The position numbers were made by a program, and so were the translations under genes. This document shows, one piece after another, positions 29,573 through 39,541 of a DNA stretch of 64,000 nt. The DNA is taken from assembly GCA_964499275.1 (NCBI GenBank), contig CAZCKO010000001.1, positions 14,739 through 78,738 of the forward strand, in the 5' to 3' direction. Numbering within the stretch: position 1 is the stretch's first letter; every line of letters begins with the position of its first letter. The notes below the pieces were generated by a model that saw nothing but the letters and a program-made list of their open reading frames with translations, was not told the origin of the DNA and made no database searches. This stretch comes from an uncultured Rhodospirillaceae bacterium. Lineage in GTDB: Bacteria > Pseudomonadota > Alphaproteobacteria > MPNO01 > UBA2964.

Positions 29573-31580
29573 AATCGGACATTTTGCACTTATACTCGCT
29601 CTGGTGATTAGCGGCATTCAAGCGGCACTGCCACTTGCCGGTATAGAGATGCGTCGCTCTCATTGGATCGCGGTTGCTCAACCAGCCGCTCGGGGTCAGT
29701 TTTTGTTTGTTATTATAGCGTTCCTATGTCTCATGTATGCATATGTGACATCCGACTTCTCCGTAGCAAATGTAGCCTACAATTCCCACACGCTTAAGCC
29801 TCTTCTCTATAAGGTCTCCGGTGTCTGGGGAAATCATGAGGGCTCAATGTTACTTTGGGTATCGATCCTCTCCCTTTTTGGATTAGCTGTAGCAGAACTA
29901 GGAAAAGGGCTACCACCGCCATTACGAGCGCGTGTACTCGCCGTTCAAGGACTGATTGGTGGTGTCTTTTTAGCATTCATAATTTTTACTTCTAACCCGT
30001 TTGAGCGGCTCCACCCCGCACCATGGGAGGGGCAGGGCCTCAACCCGGTTCTACAAGATCCTGGCCTCGCCTTTCATCCTCCCTTGCTTTACCTCGGTTA
30101 TGTCGGGTTCTCCATAGTATTTTCTTTCGCCGTGGCTGCCCTCATGGAAGGACGCGTTGACCCGGCCTGGGCCCGCTGGGTCCGACCTTGGGCATTAACC
30201 TCGTGGTGTGCTCTCACCGCCGGTATAGCCCTTGGCAGTTGGTGGGCATATTACGAATTAGGCTGGGGCGGATGGTGGTTCTGGGATCCTGTGGAAAATG
30301 CATCCTTTATCCCATGGTTGGTTGGGACTGCATTGCTTCATTCAGCTATAGTTGTCGAAAAACGTAATGCGCTGAAAAGCTGGACTATTTTACTCGCAAT
30401 TCTAGCATTTTCGATGTCCTTACTGGGTACCTTTTTAGTGCGTTCAGGAATTCTTACATCGGTTCATACATTCGCCAGCGACCCGGAACGGGGTGTCTTT
30501 ATTCTTTTCCTATTGGTTTTTTTAATAGGCGGCTCACTTACCCTATATGCAATAAGGGCACCAAGTCTCAAGGGAGGGGGGTTGTTCGCGCCAATATCAC
30601 GGGAAAGCAGTCTTGTCCTCAACAACCTCCTCCTAACAACGAGTGCGGCTGTGGTGTTGTTGGGTACGTTATATCCATTAATTCTAGATGCATTGGGTGG
30701 GGGTAAGGTTTCAGTTGGTGCGCCTTTTTTTAATGCTACTTTTATACCGCTAATAGTGCCAGCTATGCTTGCAGCGGTTGTTGGTGCAATGCTGACCTGG
30801 AAACGCGCCGATCTTGGCGCTGTCCTTTCTCGTCTAAAAGTTGCCTTGTTAAGTGCTGTAATTGTAACACTATCTAGCGCGTGGATATCTGGTAGTTTGA
30901 GTGATATCATCGCCGCGGTGGGTTTAGGAATTTCTGCTTGGCTAATTATTGGTAGTGCCACAGAACTCGCAGAACGAATATATTTATTTCGTTCCCCACT
31001 TCCCAAGAGCTTACGCCGAGCAGCAGATTTACCGCGATCATTTTGGGGCATGATTATTGCGCATAGTGCCCTCGGAATAATTGTTGCTGGCATTACCGCT
31101 TCATCTGCTTGGAAAGTTGAAAAAATCCAGCTTATGGGATTGGGTGATACCGTTAGCGTGGCCGGGTACGAGGTTAAGTTTGAAGCGACCCGGTTGATTA
31201 ACGGCCCCAACTACAGAGCCGAACGTGGCATATTCGTTGTTTCCAAGTCGGGAAAGACTTTGATGTCACTTATGCCAGAAAAAAGGGAATATCCTGCAGA
31301 ACGCGGTCAGACTACCGAAGCTGGAATAAAAACTATGTTCATGGGTGATCTCTATATAGTGCTTGGGGAAAAGAGCACAGCATCAAGTAGGGATGGTGAT
31401 AAATGGAGTACTCGCATTTATTTCAACCCGCTGGTGGCCTGGATATGGGGTGGTGCCATTTTATTAGCTTTAGGCGGCATAATTTCACTAACCGACCGGC
31501 GACATCGTACTGGGATCCCAACAACGGCAAAGAAAATTAAATTAAGACAGGGTCCTGTAGCTGGATCAAAAGGTGGATAA
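29562..31580 (+). CDS. ccmF: Cytochrome c-type biogenesis heme lyase CcmF
   Basis: 672 aa. WGGWWFWDPVENASF WWD domain. N-terminus MVPEIGHFAL as in CcmF. Confidence 0.9.
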   Translation: MVPEIGHFALILALVISGIQAALPLAGIEMRRSHWIAVAQPAARGQFLFVIIAFLCLMYAYVTSDFSVANVAYNSHTLKPLLYKVSGVWGNHEGSMLLWVSILSLFGLAVAELGKGLPPPLRARVLAVQGLIGGVFLAFIIFTSNPFERLHPAPWEGQGLNPVLQDPGLAFHPPLLYLGYVGFSIVFSFAVAALMEGRVDPAWARWVRPWALTSWCALTAGIALGSWWAYYELGWGGWWFWDPVENASFIPWLVGTALLHSAIVVEKRNALKSWTILLAILAFSMSLLGTFLVRSGILTSVHTFASDPERGVFILFLLVFLIGGSLTLYAIRAPSLKGGGLFAPISRESSLVLNNLLLTTSAAVVLLGTLYPLILDALGGGKVSVGAPFFNATFIPLIVPAMLAAVVGAMLTWKRADLGAVLSRLKVALLSAVIVTLSSAWISGSLSDIIAAVGLGISAWLIIGSATELAERIYLFRSPLPKSLRRAADLPRSFWGMIIAHSALGIIVAGITASSAWKVEKIQLMGLGDTVSVAGYEVKFEATRLINGPNYRAERGIFVVSKSGKTLMSLMPEKREYPAERGQTTEAGIKTMFMGDLYIVLGEKSTASSRDGDKWSTRIYFNPLVAWIWGGAILLALGGIISLTDRRHRTGIPTTAKKIKLRQGPVAGSKGG

Positions 31581-32133
31581 TATGGGGTCTAACTTTCGCT
31601 GGAGTTATTTTTTACCCGTAGTCATTATCCTCAGCCTAGCCGCCTTATTCTGGTTTTATTTAGATGAAATAAAAAGTGGAAAATCCATACAGGACTTACC
31701 CTCGGTACTCATTAATAAACCCATCCCCACCTTCCAGCTTCCGGGGATTGAAAATAAGGACAAGGGATTTAACAGCGAGGCCCTAATAGGAAAGGTTGCG
31801 CTAGTAAATATATGGTCTAGTTGGTGTCCTCCTTGTCGCGCAGAACACAGGTTTTTAATGAAGCTCGCTGAGAAAGGAATCCCAATTTATGGTATAAATT
31901 ATAAAGACAACCCCTACGATGCTAAGAAGTTTTTAACCCAACTCGGGAACCCATATAAATCGATTGGAGCTGACCGTAATGGCAGAGTAACAATTGATTG
32001 GGGCGTATACGGATACCCTGAGACCTTTATAATCGACAAGATTGGATATATTCGCTATCGGCATATAGGGCCGATCATGGAAGATGACCTCACTCATAAA
32101 ATACGCCCAATTATTAAGGCGCTCAGCAAATGA
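31573..32133 (+). CDS. ccmG: Thiol:disulfide interchange protein CcmG/DsbE
   Basis: Thioredoxin fold with WCPPC active site. N-terminal TM anchor. Confidence 0.85.
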   Translation: MDNMGSNFRWSYFLPVVIILSLAALFWFYLDEIKSGKSIQDLPSVLINKPIPTFQLPGIENKDKGFNSEALIGKVALVNIWSSWCPPCRAEHRFLMKLAEKGIPIYGINYKDNPYDAKKFLTQLGNPYKSIGADRNGRVTIDWGVYGYPETFIIDKIGYIRYRHIGPIMEDDLTHKIRPIIKALSK

Positions 32134-32612
32134 AAATTGGTTCAACCCTTGTAATTATTTTTGTGACGCTTTACTCAATAGCTCCAGTGGCTGCTGTAGA
32201 GCCAGAAGAAATTCTGAAGGACCCCAAATTAGAGCAGCGCGCACGATCATTAAGTCAAGGGCTACGCTGCTTGGTATGCCAAAACCAATCTATCGATGAC
32301 TCAAATGCTGACCTCGCCCGCGATCTGCGTGCAGTCGTGCGTGAACGCCTCAAATTGGGCTATACGGATGCCCAGGTATTAGACTATGTCGTTGCTCGTT
32401 ATGGAGAGTTTGTTTTATTAAATCCTCGATTAAATTCTCGAACCGCACTGCTCTGGCTTGGTCCCATCCTTATTCTTTCCTTCGGCATAATCGGAATCCT
32501 CATATGGTTCCGCCGAAGGAATATAGCGGATACTAATCTTTTGACCATCAAAGAAGAAAAACAGTTTTCAAGCCTGACAACTCAGAATCCTGAAAAAGAG
32601 AACGACGGGTGA
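32130..32612 (+). CDS. ccmH: Cytochrome c-type biogenesis protein CcmH
   Basis: LRCLVCQNQS (LRCxxCQ) motif. C-terminal TM. Confidence 0.85.
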   Translation: MKIGSTLVIIFVTLYSIAPVAAVEPEEILKDPKLEQRARSLSQGLRCLVCQNQSIDDSNADLARDLRAVVRERLKLGYTDAQVLDYVVARYGEFVLLNPRLNSRTALLWLGPILILSFGIIGILIWFRRRNIADTNLLTIKEEKQFSSLTTQNPEKENDG

Positions 32613-32622
32613 GGGCCACCTA

Positions 32623-33525
32623 ATGTTGTGGATAATTTTTACGGGCATGGTAACCATTGCGTTGTTCATCATTTTGCTACCGCTATTAAGACCAAAAGGC
32701 AAAAATCATGAAAGGGCAGATCACTTTACCCTGTTTTATCAAGGCCAGCTGAAAGAACTGGAAAGTGAAATTACACAGGGGATGATTAGTGAAGACGACG
32801 CCCAAATCTCTCGTACAGAAATAGCGCGAAACTTACTCGCGGCCAGTGGGGGTGAGAGCAAAGAGCCGAAAAAGGTTTCAAAACTCTCTATAAAATTTAT
32901 CACCGCCGTGATTGGATTTACTATTCCGATTTTAAGCTTCGGACTTTATGCGATGATTGGATCACCCAACTTGCCCAGTCAGAAATATGGCACCCCTCAA
33001 GAAATTTCTATGGCTAAAACGGGTTCTTTAGAGTCGTCGTCAGGCGCTCTCGTTTCCCAACTTGCCAGCCGCTTACAACGAAACCCAAATGATTTTGAGA
33101 ATTGGCGGTTATATGCTCGATCTCTAGTGCTCCTGCGCCGTTTTACCGATGCTATTGCCGCCTACAACCAGGCTATACCTTTATCACCAAAAGGAAGCAA
33201 CCTTTTGTCAGAGTTGGCAGAGGCCCAAATTAATGCTGCTGATGGTGTCGTTAATAGTAACGCACTTAAAACTCTGGAGAGATCCCTACTCATAAACCCA
33301 AAAGAACCACGCACCAGGTATTATGTAGGGTTAGCAGCCAAACAAGCCGGCAGACCAAAACACGCCCTAGAAATCTGGTTAAACCTCCAACGCGACTCAA
33401 CTCCAAATGCCCCCTGGAGTAAAACTCTCAGCGAACAAGTCAGCATACTATCAAAGACGATGGGTATCTCGGCGGGGACCTTAGCTACCATGCGTAAAAA
33501 GATTCGGAGCCAAACCCAAAAGTAG
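32623..33525 (+). CDS. ccmI: Cytochrome c-type biogenesis protein CcmI (CycH), TPR-containing
   Basis: N-terminal TM hairpin followed by TPR-like helical repeats. Terminal position in the ccm operon. Confidence 0.75.
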   Translation: MLWIIFTGMVTIALFIILLPLLRPKGKNHERADHFTLFYQGQLKELESEITQGMISEDDAQISRTEIARNLLAASGGESKEPKKVSKLSIKFITAVIGFTIPILSFGLYAMIGSPNLPSQKYGTPQEISMAKTGSLESSSGALVSQLASRLQRNPNDFENWRLYARSLVLLRRFTDAIAAYNQAIPLSPKGSNLLSELAEAQINAADGVVNSNALKTLERSLLINPKEPRTRYYVGLAAKQAGRPKHALEIWLNLQRDSTPNAPWSKTLSEQVSILSKTMGISAGTLATMRKKIRSQTQK

Positions 33526-33570
33526 ATAAGTGGACATGATTTGGGCCCTTAAAACATATTTGGTAGTCAA

Positions 33571-34524
33571 TTACCCACCTTGTATTTTCTTATGGAGCAA
33601 TGTTTCTCCCATACCTTCGCCAAGGCTCCATTCCGCAAAATTTTCTGGGGTTGATTCCCATTCACGTGGTTCCCAATTATCATCGACTACATCAGAATCA
33701 AAATCATATTCTGCCGCTCCACCACATGGGTTTTTAAAGTACCAGAAATAACAGGAAGATATGGGATGACGACCTGGCCCAATCATGGTTTCCCAGCCTT
33801 TACGGGTCATATTATTTCCACCCCCGAAAAGCTCATGAATTGATCCAAGCTCAAACGCTAGATGATGGAAACCGCGTTGTCCTTTCCCTGGATCAAGCAA
33901 AAAAACGTTGTGATGGTTGTTAGCATCAGCACACCGAAAAAAATAACCGCGCCCTGGATAGGAATCCGTTAATTTAAAACCTAATCCATCAATATAAAAA
34001 TCTTTGTGCTTTTCCAGAGCGTCGGTCATAAAAACTATATGCGAGATCACTAAGGGTGACGCACAGCTATAAGCTGGCCCACGCTGATTAAGCCTATTGG
34101 CATTCCCCGGAACATTGATTTCGACTTCGGGCGCATTAGCTTGCGCACATTGTGTTGGTCTAAAAGCAATCCCAAAGCCCAATGGATCAACGCCGTGGAG
34201 TGTCCCGTCTTCGTCTATAATCACTCTTCCCTCAGCGGCCAGAATTGGTTCTAAAGCGTCGATGTCAGTGATTGAGTTTACGCCGAAGGTTACCTCCCGC
34301 ATTGTGGCAGTCTTATTTGGCCCAACGGGCGGTGGTAAATTAGGAGAATTTGGGGGAACTATCTCAATTTCCGCTCCATTTTGAGCAGAAAATACCGCCT
34401 GGTTATCTTTAACGTTTTTTAAAACGAGACCAAAATCTTTCCAGAACTTACATGCACCGTCCAGATCTTCAACGCCATATGTTACTCTCTCAATACCGGT
34501 ATGGTGCACCCTATACTCTCCCAA
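33571..34524 (-). CDS. Two-domain VOC-family extradiol ring-cleavage dioxygenase (catechol 2,3-dioxygenase-like)
   Basis: 317 aa. Duplicated glyoxalase-fold modules. HHLAFE metal-ligand motif in the C-terminal module. Confidence 0.7.
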   Translation of the reverse strand: MGEYRVHHTGIERVTYGVEDLDGACKFWKDFGLVLKNVKDNQAVFSAQNGAEIEIVPPNSPNLPPPVGPNKTATMREVTFGVNSITDIDALEPILAAEGRVIIDEDGTLHGVDPLGFGIAFRPTQCAQANAPEVEINVPGNANRLNQRGPAYSCASPLVISHIVFMTDALEKHKDFYIDGLGFKLTDSYPGRGYFFRCADANNHHNVFLLDPGKGQRGFHHLAFELGSIHELFGGGNNMTRKGWETMIGPGRHPISSCYFWYFKNPCGGAAEYDFDSDVVDDNWEPREWESTPENFAEWSLGEGMGETLLHKKIQGG

Positions 34525-34588
34525 TCAATTATAGTTTTTATATTTCTTATCTATTTTTTTGGAATGCCTTTAACAATTATTTTGGAAA

Positions 34589-35440
34589 TCACGGATTTGC
34601 AATAGTATCCACACCGGCCAGCTCGTCGCCCGGATTAACAATAAATGCCTCTCCACGAGAGAAAAAATCTCGTATAAGCGCGACAAACCTATCCGGTTGG
34701 TCAACCTCGATATTGTGTCCTGCATCGTATACATAAAGGAGCTTGGCTCTCGGGATCTCCCGCATCAGAAGCTGTCCACTTTCTGGTGGCATCATACCAT
34801 CCTTAGTTCCCTGCATGATAAGTGTCTGGCATTTTATGTTCTCAAGGTTTGAGACTAATGTTTCATCGAGCCCTATCGACTGATGATAATAGTTAGCCCA
34901 TTTACGACTTTCTGAAAGTTGCTTAGATGTTTTCTCACCTTCCGGAATACGCTCTGGATGGGCAAACATACGAGCTTGCATTTCCTCTGGGTTATCTGCC
35001 GGCCTATAGGGAATGTTTTTAGGCCGGAAGCCTGAGGGACATTGTGGAACCAAAAAACCTACCTTGTCTGCATGACGTACCGTAAACCACACTGATAGAA
35101 AACCCCCAAAAGATTGGCCAATAACATCGACTTTCTCGCCAATAACCTCATCCACAAAATCCGCTGCCAAATCAGCAAGGGCCGGCATGGTATCAATTCC
35201 ATCATGGGGCTTTGTGTTTTCAAAACCAGGAGCTACAAACATATAAATTCGGTAATTTTCAGCTAATTCATCTAATGCATAAGTAAACCTGATACCTCCA
35301 GCACTATGAAAATATAATATTGGCGGTCCATTGCCGGCGGCATAATAGGTCACGGGACCAGAAGAAAGATCGGCAATACATTTTTTAAAGACTCCGCCGG
35401 CCGGCCCTTCAATAATCATTTTGCTCCTTCCTTCTCCCAA
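34589..35440 (-). CDS. Alpha/beta hydrolase (meta-cleavage-product C–C hydrolase-like)
   Basis: GQSFGG nucleophile elbow. C-terminal DAGHNIEVDQPD His motif. Confidence 0.7.
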   Translation of the reverse strand: MGEGRSKMIIEGPAGGVFKKCIADLSSGPVTYYAAGNGPPILYFHSAGGIRFTYALDELAENYRIYMFVAPGFENTKPHDGIDTMPALADLAADFVDEVIGEKVDVIGQSFGGFLSVWFTVRHADKVGFLVPQCPSGFRPKNIPYRPADNPEEMQARMFAHPERIPEGEKTSKQLSESRKWANYYHQSIGLDETLVSNLENIKCQTLIMQGTKDGMMPPESGQLLMREIPRAKLLYVYDAGHNIEVDQPDRFVALIRDFFSRGEAFIVNPGDELAGVDTIANP

Positions 35441-35462
35441 GTGGTCCCGTTACCTCTTTCCT

Positions 35463-36509
35463 TTACTTCTTTTTCTTCTTTTTACCACGCAGGACTGAAC
35501 GGAATTTCTTACCCAATCGCGCTTCATTCTTCATCCGCCAATCATAGGGCACGTCGATTACTTTCTTACCCTGTACGTATTTATACATATCACCCGACTT
35601 AGTACTGATAAGAGAATAGCCCCTAACATCATGGATAGTCTTTTGGCCGGGCTGTGATACTACCCAATAGCCCCAAAGTTTAGCTATATTTGGAGATTTA
35701 GAGTCTTTTACAATATAGGCACCCCTAGCAGCTAAGATTACCATATCCATATCAGGATGTTTAACTGGTGCGCCTTTGCGGATTTCGGCCCAGGCATCTG
35801 TACCCAAACCTATGGCATATTCGCCCGCTATAATTCTAGAACGTACGTCAGGGTAACGCGGTAAGGTCTTAATCTTTTGTTTTTTGAGTAGCGCCTGCAA
35901 ATACTGCTCAGCCTTCTTTTCCCCAAATGCATAAGAATAATAGATCCAAGGCGACGGTGAGCGTGGCATCGCCAACTTACCTTTCCATTTAGGTTTTAGT
36001 AAATCACTGTAACTCTTAGGTGCATCAGCCGACTTTACTAATTTGGTATTAATGGTCACCATGGTAAGGTAACTGTCATGAGTTTTGATGCCATACTCCC
36101 CCTGCATCAAGCTTTTAGATAATCCAAATTCCTTGGACCAATTAAATTTCACTATTGCATTATTTTTAATCAAATAACGGGGGCTGGAAGTCCAAAATAG
36201 GTCAAGGCCTGTAGGTACATTATTCTTAAGGGCTCGAACAACCTCAACACGCTTACGGGTATGACGGCCTCCAACCTGATTCAGTTTAATTTTGGTACCA
36301 TAAAATGAGTTGAACCCGTCATTCATCATCTTAACTTGCCGAGGATTCATTGTAGTGCCAAAGACTGTAGCTTCACCTTCCTTCACGGCAGCTGGAACCA
36401 ATTTTTTTACCGAGTTGGGAAGTTCAGCCGCAACTGCAAAGGTTACTGTGCTGGTTAGAAGGGTTAACCCTCCTAAAACGGTAGATATTTTGATATTAAT
36501 ATTCTTCAT
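35463..36509 (-). CDS. ABC transporter substrate-binding protein, Fe3+/thiamine/polyamine (type II PBP) family, with a C-terminal poly-Lys tail
   Basis: Signal peptide. FbpA/PotD-like fold. Ends ...RGKKKKKK. Confidence 0.65.
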   Translation of the reverse strand: MKNINIKISTVLGGLTLLTSTVTFAVAAELPNSVKKLVPAAVKEGEATVFGTTMNPRQVKMMNDGFNSFYGTKIKLNQVGGRHTRKRVEVVRALKNNVPTGLDLFWTSSPRYLIKNNAIVKFNWSKEFGLSKSLMQGEYGIKTHDSYLTMVTINTKLVKSADAPKSYSDLLKPKWKGKLAMPRSPSPWIYYSYAFGEKKAEQYLQALLKKQKIKTLPRYPDVRSRIIAGEYAIGLGTDAWAEIRKGAPVKHPDMDMVILAARGAYIVKDSKSPNIAKLWGYWVVSQPGQKTIHDVRGYSLISTKSGDMYKYVQGKKVIDVPYDWRMKNEARLGKKFRSVLRGKKKKKK

Positions 36510-36570
36510 CTTTTTCCTCCTGTTTCATAAAATTTGCCATTTCCAGACCCGGTCTCTCGCCAGGCTTAAC

Positions 36571-38361
36571 TTATTCTCCTAAACCATGCCTTTGTTTTCG
36601 GGTGGAACCGATTAGGGTGATAGCTGAGGACCCAATATCAGAGAGCCATTGGCGAGTAGAGCGACGTCGCCTAACGTCCACGCCTCTTATCTCCTGCATT
36701 CCGGTAATTCGTCTTGCAAAAAGAGCAAGAAGAACCAAAACAAAAATCATATAAATTGCTACCGCAGCCGCTGCATTTTGTTCTCCATTTGTTTGTAGGT
36801 TAAAAATTAGCGTAGCAACGACCTCTGAATTTCCTGTGTTCATCACCAGCGGTAGCGTAAGATCACGTGCTGCCAACATTCCTACCATTAATGCCGAATA
36901 GAAGATAGCAGGTGCCATGAGGGGCAAAAAAATTCGGCGAAAAGTGTCCAGCTTTGAAACTCCAGATACATAGGCAGCTTCGTCGAGTTCAAACTGAATT
37001 TGTAACGACGTTGCATTCATAGTTCGTGTACAATAGGCCAACATTCGTGTGCCCATGGCTATGGCAACGAGCCAAATGGTTCCGAACAATGGGAGCCAAT
37101 GATAAATAGCGATCCCCATAAACTGAAAAGCGACACCAGTAACAATTGTGGGAACTGCCGGTGCAAGAAAAACAATACTGTCCGCCCAATGTGCGGCTTT
37201 GTGTCGGCTGCGTGTGACCAACCATGTAATACTGGTAGCCAAACTAGATGCGATAATGACCGAACCCGCCATTAAAATTAGAGTGTTTTTAAGTGGTTCG
37301 CCTATCCAGTCAAGGGCGTCATAAAAACTGTTAAGATTGACCGAACTTAGTGCCTGAATTGACGGTGGCTGGAAAAAGGGTACCAACGCGACCCAAATGA
37401 TGGTGATAACTGGAATAATGATACTGGCAAGAAGCCACACCCCTACACAGGCATAAGCCGCCCATTTCCAGCGCCCGAGTGGCTGAGGTGCTGAAGCGCG
37501 AACCTTCCCACCCACTACAGCATACTTTTTAGCCTGCTTTAAAAACCGCGCATAAAATGCGATAGCGCCACTACAAATTGCGAAGAGAACAACACCCGCA
37601 GCACCTGCAAATCCGAGGTTAGGCGGGCCATCGGATTCAGCGATTGCGTCATAAATCCAAAGTACCAAGACATCTCCGGGCATTCCGATAATTGCAACGA
37701 AATCAAACATCTCAACCCCGATTACAAAATAGAAAATCGAAACAGCGACCATACTGGGTCCGAGGAGAGGAAGTACAATACGTCCAACGGTATGCGACTT
37801 CGAAACACCACTTACCCATGCTGCTTCCTCAAGTGAAGCATCAAGATTACGAAAGGCTGGGAGCATCATGAAAACACCCCCGGGCACGAGAACAATACCC
37901 TGTAAAAAACATATCCAGGATAGCTGATAGACATCAAATAGTGCCCCACCGCTAAATTTGGTCATATCGAAAAGCTGATTAACCAAACCTGATGTTGGAT
38001 TGAACAACCAAACATAAGACATTGCTGTAATAAATCCAGGGATAGCGAGTTTGGCAGTAAGCAAAGAAAACAGTCCGGTCCTGTAACGAAAATCGGTGCG
38101 GGCCAACAACCAAGCGAATGGAAAGGAAAAGACAAACATCCAGAATACGGTACCCACGCCTAACACTATAGTTCGACCGGTCACCCCACCTAATGTATCC
38201 TGAGAAAATAATTCGAAGTAATTTGCCAGCGAATATCGATCAATATCGCCTTCTTCACTGAAACTGGTGACAACATTACCAAAAACAGAAATGCACACCA
38301 TGAACAACCCCACCCCAGAGAGTAGGAAGACCCATCCTATACCGTAGGATCTATTCAACAC
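36571..38361 (-). CDS. Fused two-domain ABC transporter permease (FbpB/ThiP-like, about 12 TM)
   Basis: Duplicated permease domains with EAA-like motifs. Start placed at the GTG at 38361 (GGGAGG RBS, 11-nt overlap with the upstream ATPase). The ORF track runs to 38466. Confidence 0.7.
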   Translation of the reverse strand: MLNRSYGIGWVFLLSGVGLFMVCISVFGNVVTSFSEEGDIDRYSLANYFELFSQDTLGGVTGRTIVLGVGTVFWMFVFSFPFAWLLARTDFRYRTGLFSLLTAKLAIPGFITAMSYVWLFNPTSGLVNQLFDMTKFSGGALFDVYQLSWICFLQGIVLVPGGVFMMLPAFRNLDASLEEAAWVSGVSKSHTVGRIVLPLLGPSMVAVSIFYFVIGVEMFDFVAIIGMPGDVLVLWIYDAIAESDGPPNLGFAGAAGVVLFAICSGAIAFYARFLKQAKKYAVVGGKVRASAPQPLGRWKWAAYACVGVWLLASIIIPVITIIWVALVPFFQPPSIQALSSVNLNSFYDALDWIGEPLKNTLILMAGSVIIASSLATSITWLVTRSRHKAAHWADSIVFLAPAVPTIVTGVAFQFMGIAIYHWLPLFGTIWLVAIAMGTRMLAYCTRTMNATSLQIQFELDEAAYVSGVSKLDTFRRIFLPLMAPAIFYSALMVGMLAARDLTLPLVMNTGNSEVVATLIFNLQTNGEQNAAAAVAIYMIFVLVLLALFARRITGMQEIRGVDVRRRRSTRQWLSDIGSSAITLIGSTRKQRHGLGE

Positions 38362-39520
38362 GGGATGCACCCTCCCCCGCAAGGCCACCTTCCAAATCCT
38401 CAGACAACAAATTTTGAGCGGGTGTGACAACAACAGTATGATCGGGTGGAAAACATAAACTAACATTATCCCCCTTTTTTACAAAAAACTTATGATGACA
38501 TTTGACACGAATTGATTCTTTACAGGCTTCAACGGTGTGAACAAATCCTTCACCCACATAATCAGAGGCGACAACAATGCCTTTTATGACGTTATTGGAT
38601 TCTTTGCTCTCTACACTATTGATCTGGATATCCTCAGGCCGAACACCGAGGATACATGAATCACCAACTACAAAACCAGCCCCACTCGTTGCATGAGCTT
38701 GTAAATCTCCAAATGGCGTACCAACCTCTACATGGCGACCGTTACTCCCTTTAAACTTTGCCGAAAATATATTCATGTCACCTAAAAACCTAGCGACAAA
38801 CTCATTTTCTGGATGATGGTAGATAGTTTGCGGATCGTCTAATTGAACTATTTTTCCTTGCTCCATTACCGCAATTCGATCTCCTGTCTCAAGTGCCTCC
38901 GCCTGATTATGAGTGACGTGGACTGTTGTAAGGCGCAATTCGTGCATCAGATCACGCATTTGTGCACGCAACCTAATTTGTAATTTGAGGTCCAGGTTGC
39001 TAAGTGGTTCGTCCATCAACAGGACCCTAGGCCGCAGCGCAAGAGCGCGGGCAAGCGCCACGCGCTGCTGTTGACCTCCACTCAACGTTATAACCGGTCG
39101 GCGGGCCATCTCACCCATACCAAGCATTTCGAGGACTTCACCTACGCGCACCCGAATTTCATCGTCTGCCATCTTGGTTCGACCGCGACGTAAGGGAAAA
39201 GCTATATTCTCATATACGTCCATGTGAGGCCAAATTGCATAGGACTGGAAAACCATAGCGATGGGTCTACGATCTGGCGGTATGAAAAGTCCTGCTGCGG
39301 AGTCGAAGACTGGTTCTCCATCAATATGAATTGACCCCAACGACGGTCGCTCCAACCCGGCGATTGAACGTAACATGGTTGTTTTCCCGCAACCGGAAGG
39401 CCCAAGTAGCACAAAGAATTCGCCTTCCTCTATTTCTAGATTTATACCACGCAAGGCATGCACAACGCTGTCCCGCAAATCAAACTTTGCTTCCAACTCT
39501 TGTGTTTTCAAAATAGCCAT
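38351..39520 (-). CDS. ABC transporter ATP-binding protein with a C-terminal TOBE domain (FbpC/PotA-like)
   Basis: GPSGCGKTT, LSGGQQQRVALARAL, LLMDEPLSNLD. C-terminal TOBE-like region. Confidence 0.85.
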   Translation of the reverse strand: MAILKTQELEAKFDLRDSVVHALRGINLEIEEGEFFVLLGPSGCGKTTMLRSIAGLERPSLGSIHIDGEPVFDSAAGLFIPPDRRPIAMVFQSYAIWPHMDVYENIAFPLRRGRTKMADDEIRVRVGEVLEMLGMGEMARRPVITLSGGQQQRVALARALALRPRVLLMDEPLSNLDLKLQIRLRAQMRDLMHELRLTTVHVTHNQAEALETGDRIAVMEQGKIVQLDDPQTIYHHPENEFVARFLGDMNIFSAKFKGSNGRHVEVGTPFGDLQAHATSGAGFVVGDSCILGVRPEDIQINSVESKESNNVIKGIVVASDYVGEGFVHTVEACKESIRVKCHHKFFVKKGDNVSLCFPPDHTVVVTPAQNLLSEDLEGGLAGEGASRVE

Positions 39521-39541
39521 ACGACGTATCTCTCTAATCTG

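Noticed and set aside
33526-33570. Search for an att-like direct repeat of the tRNA-Ala 3' end at the far edge of the accessory block
   Set aside because: No convincing match to TGGTGGAGGTAAGCGG… was seen by eye at the ccmI/dioxygenase junction, so the island boundary remains hypothetical.
33530-33751. 73-aa plus-strand ORF overlapping the end of the extradiol dioxygenase gene
   Set aside because: It lies entirely within or antisense to a supported CDS with no independent signals, so it is spurious.
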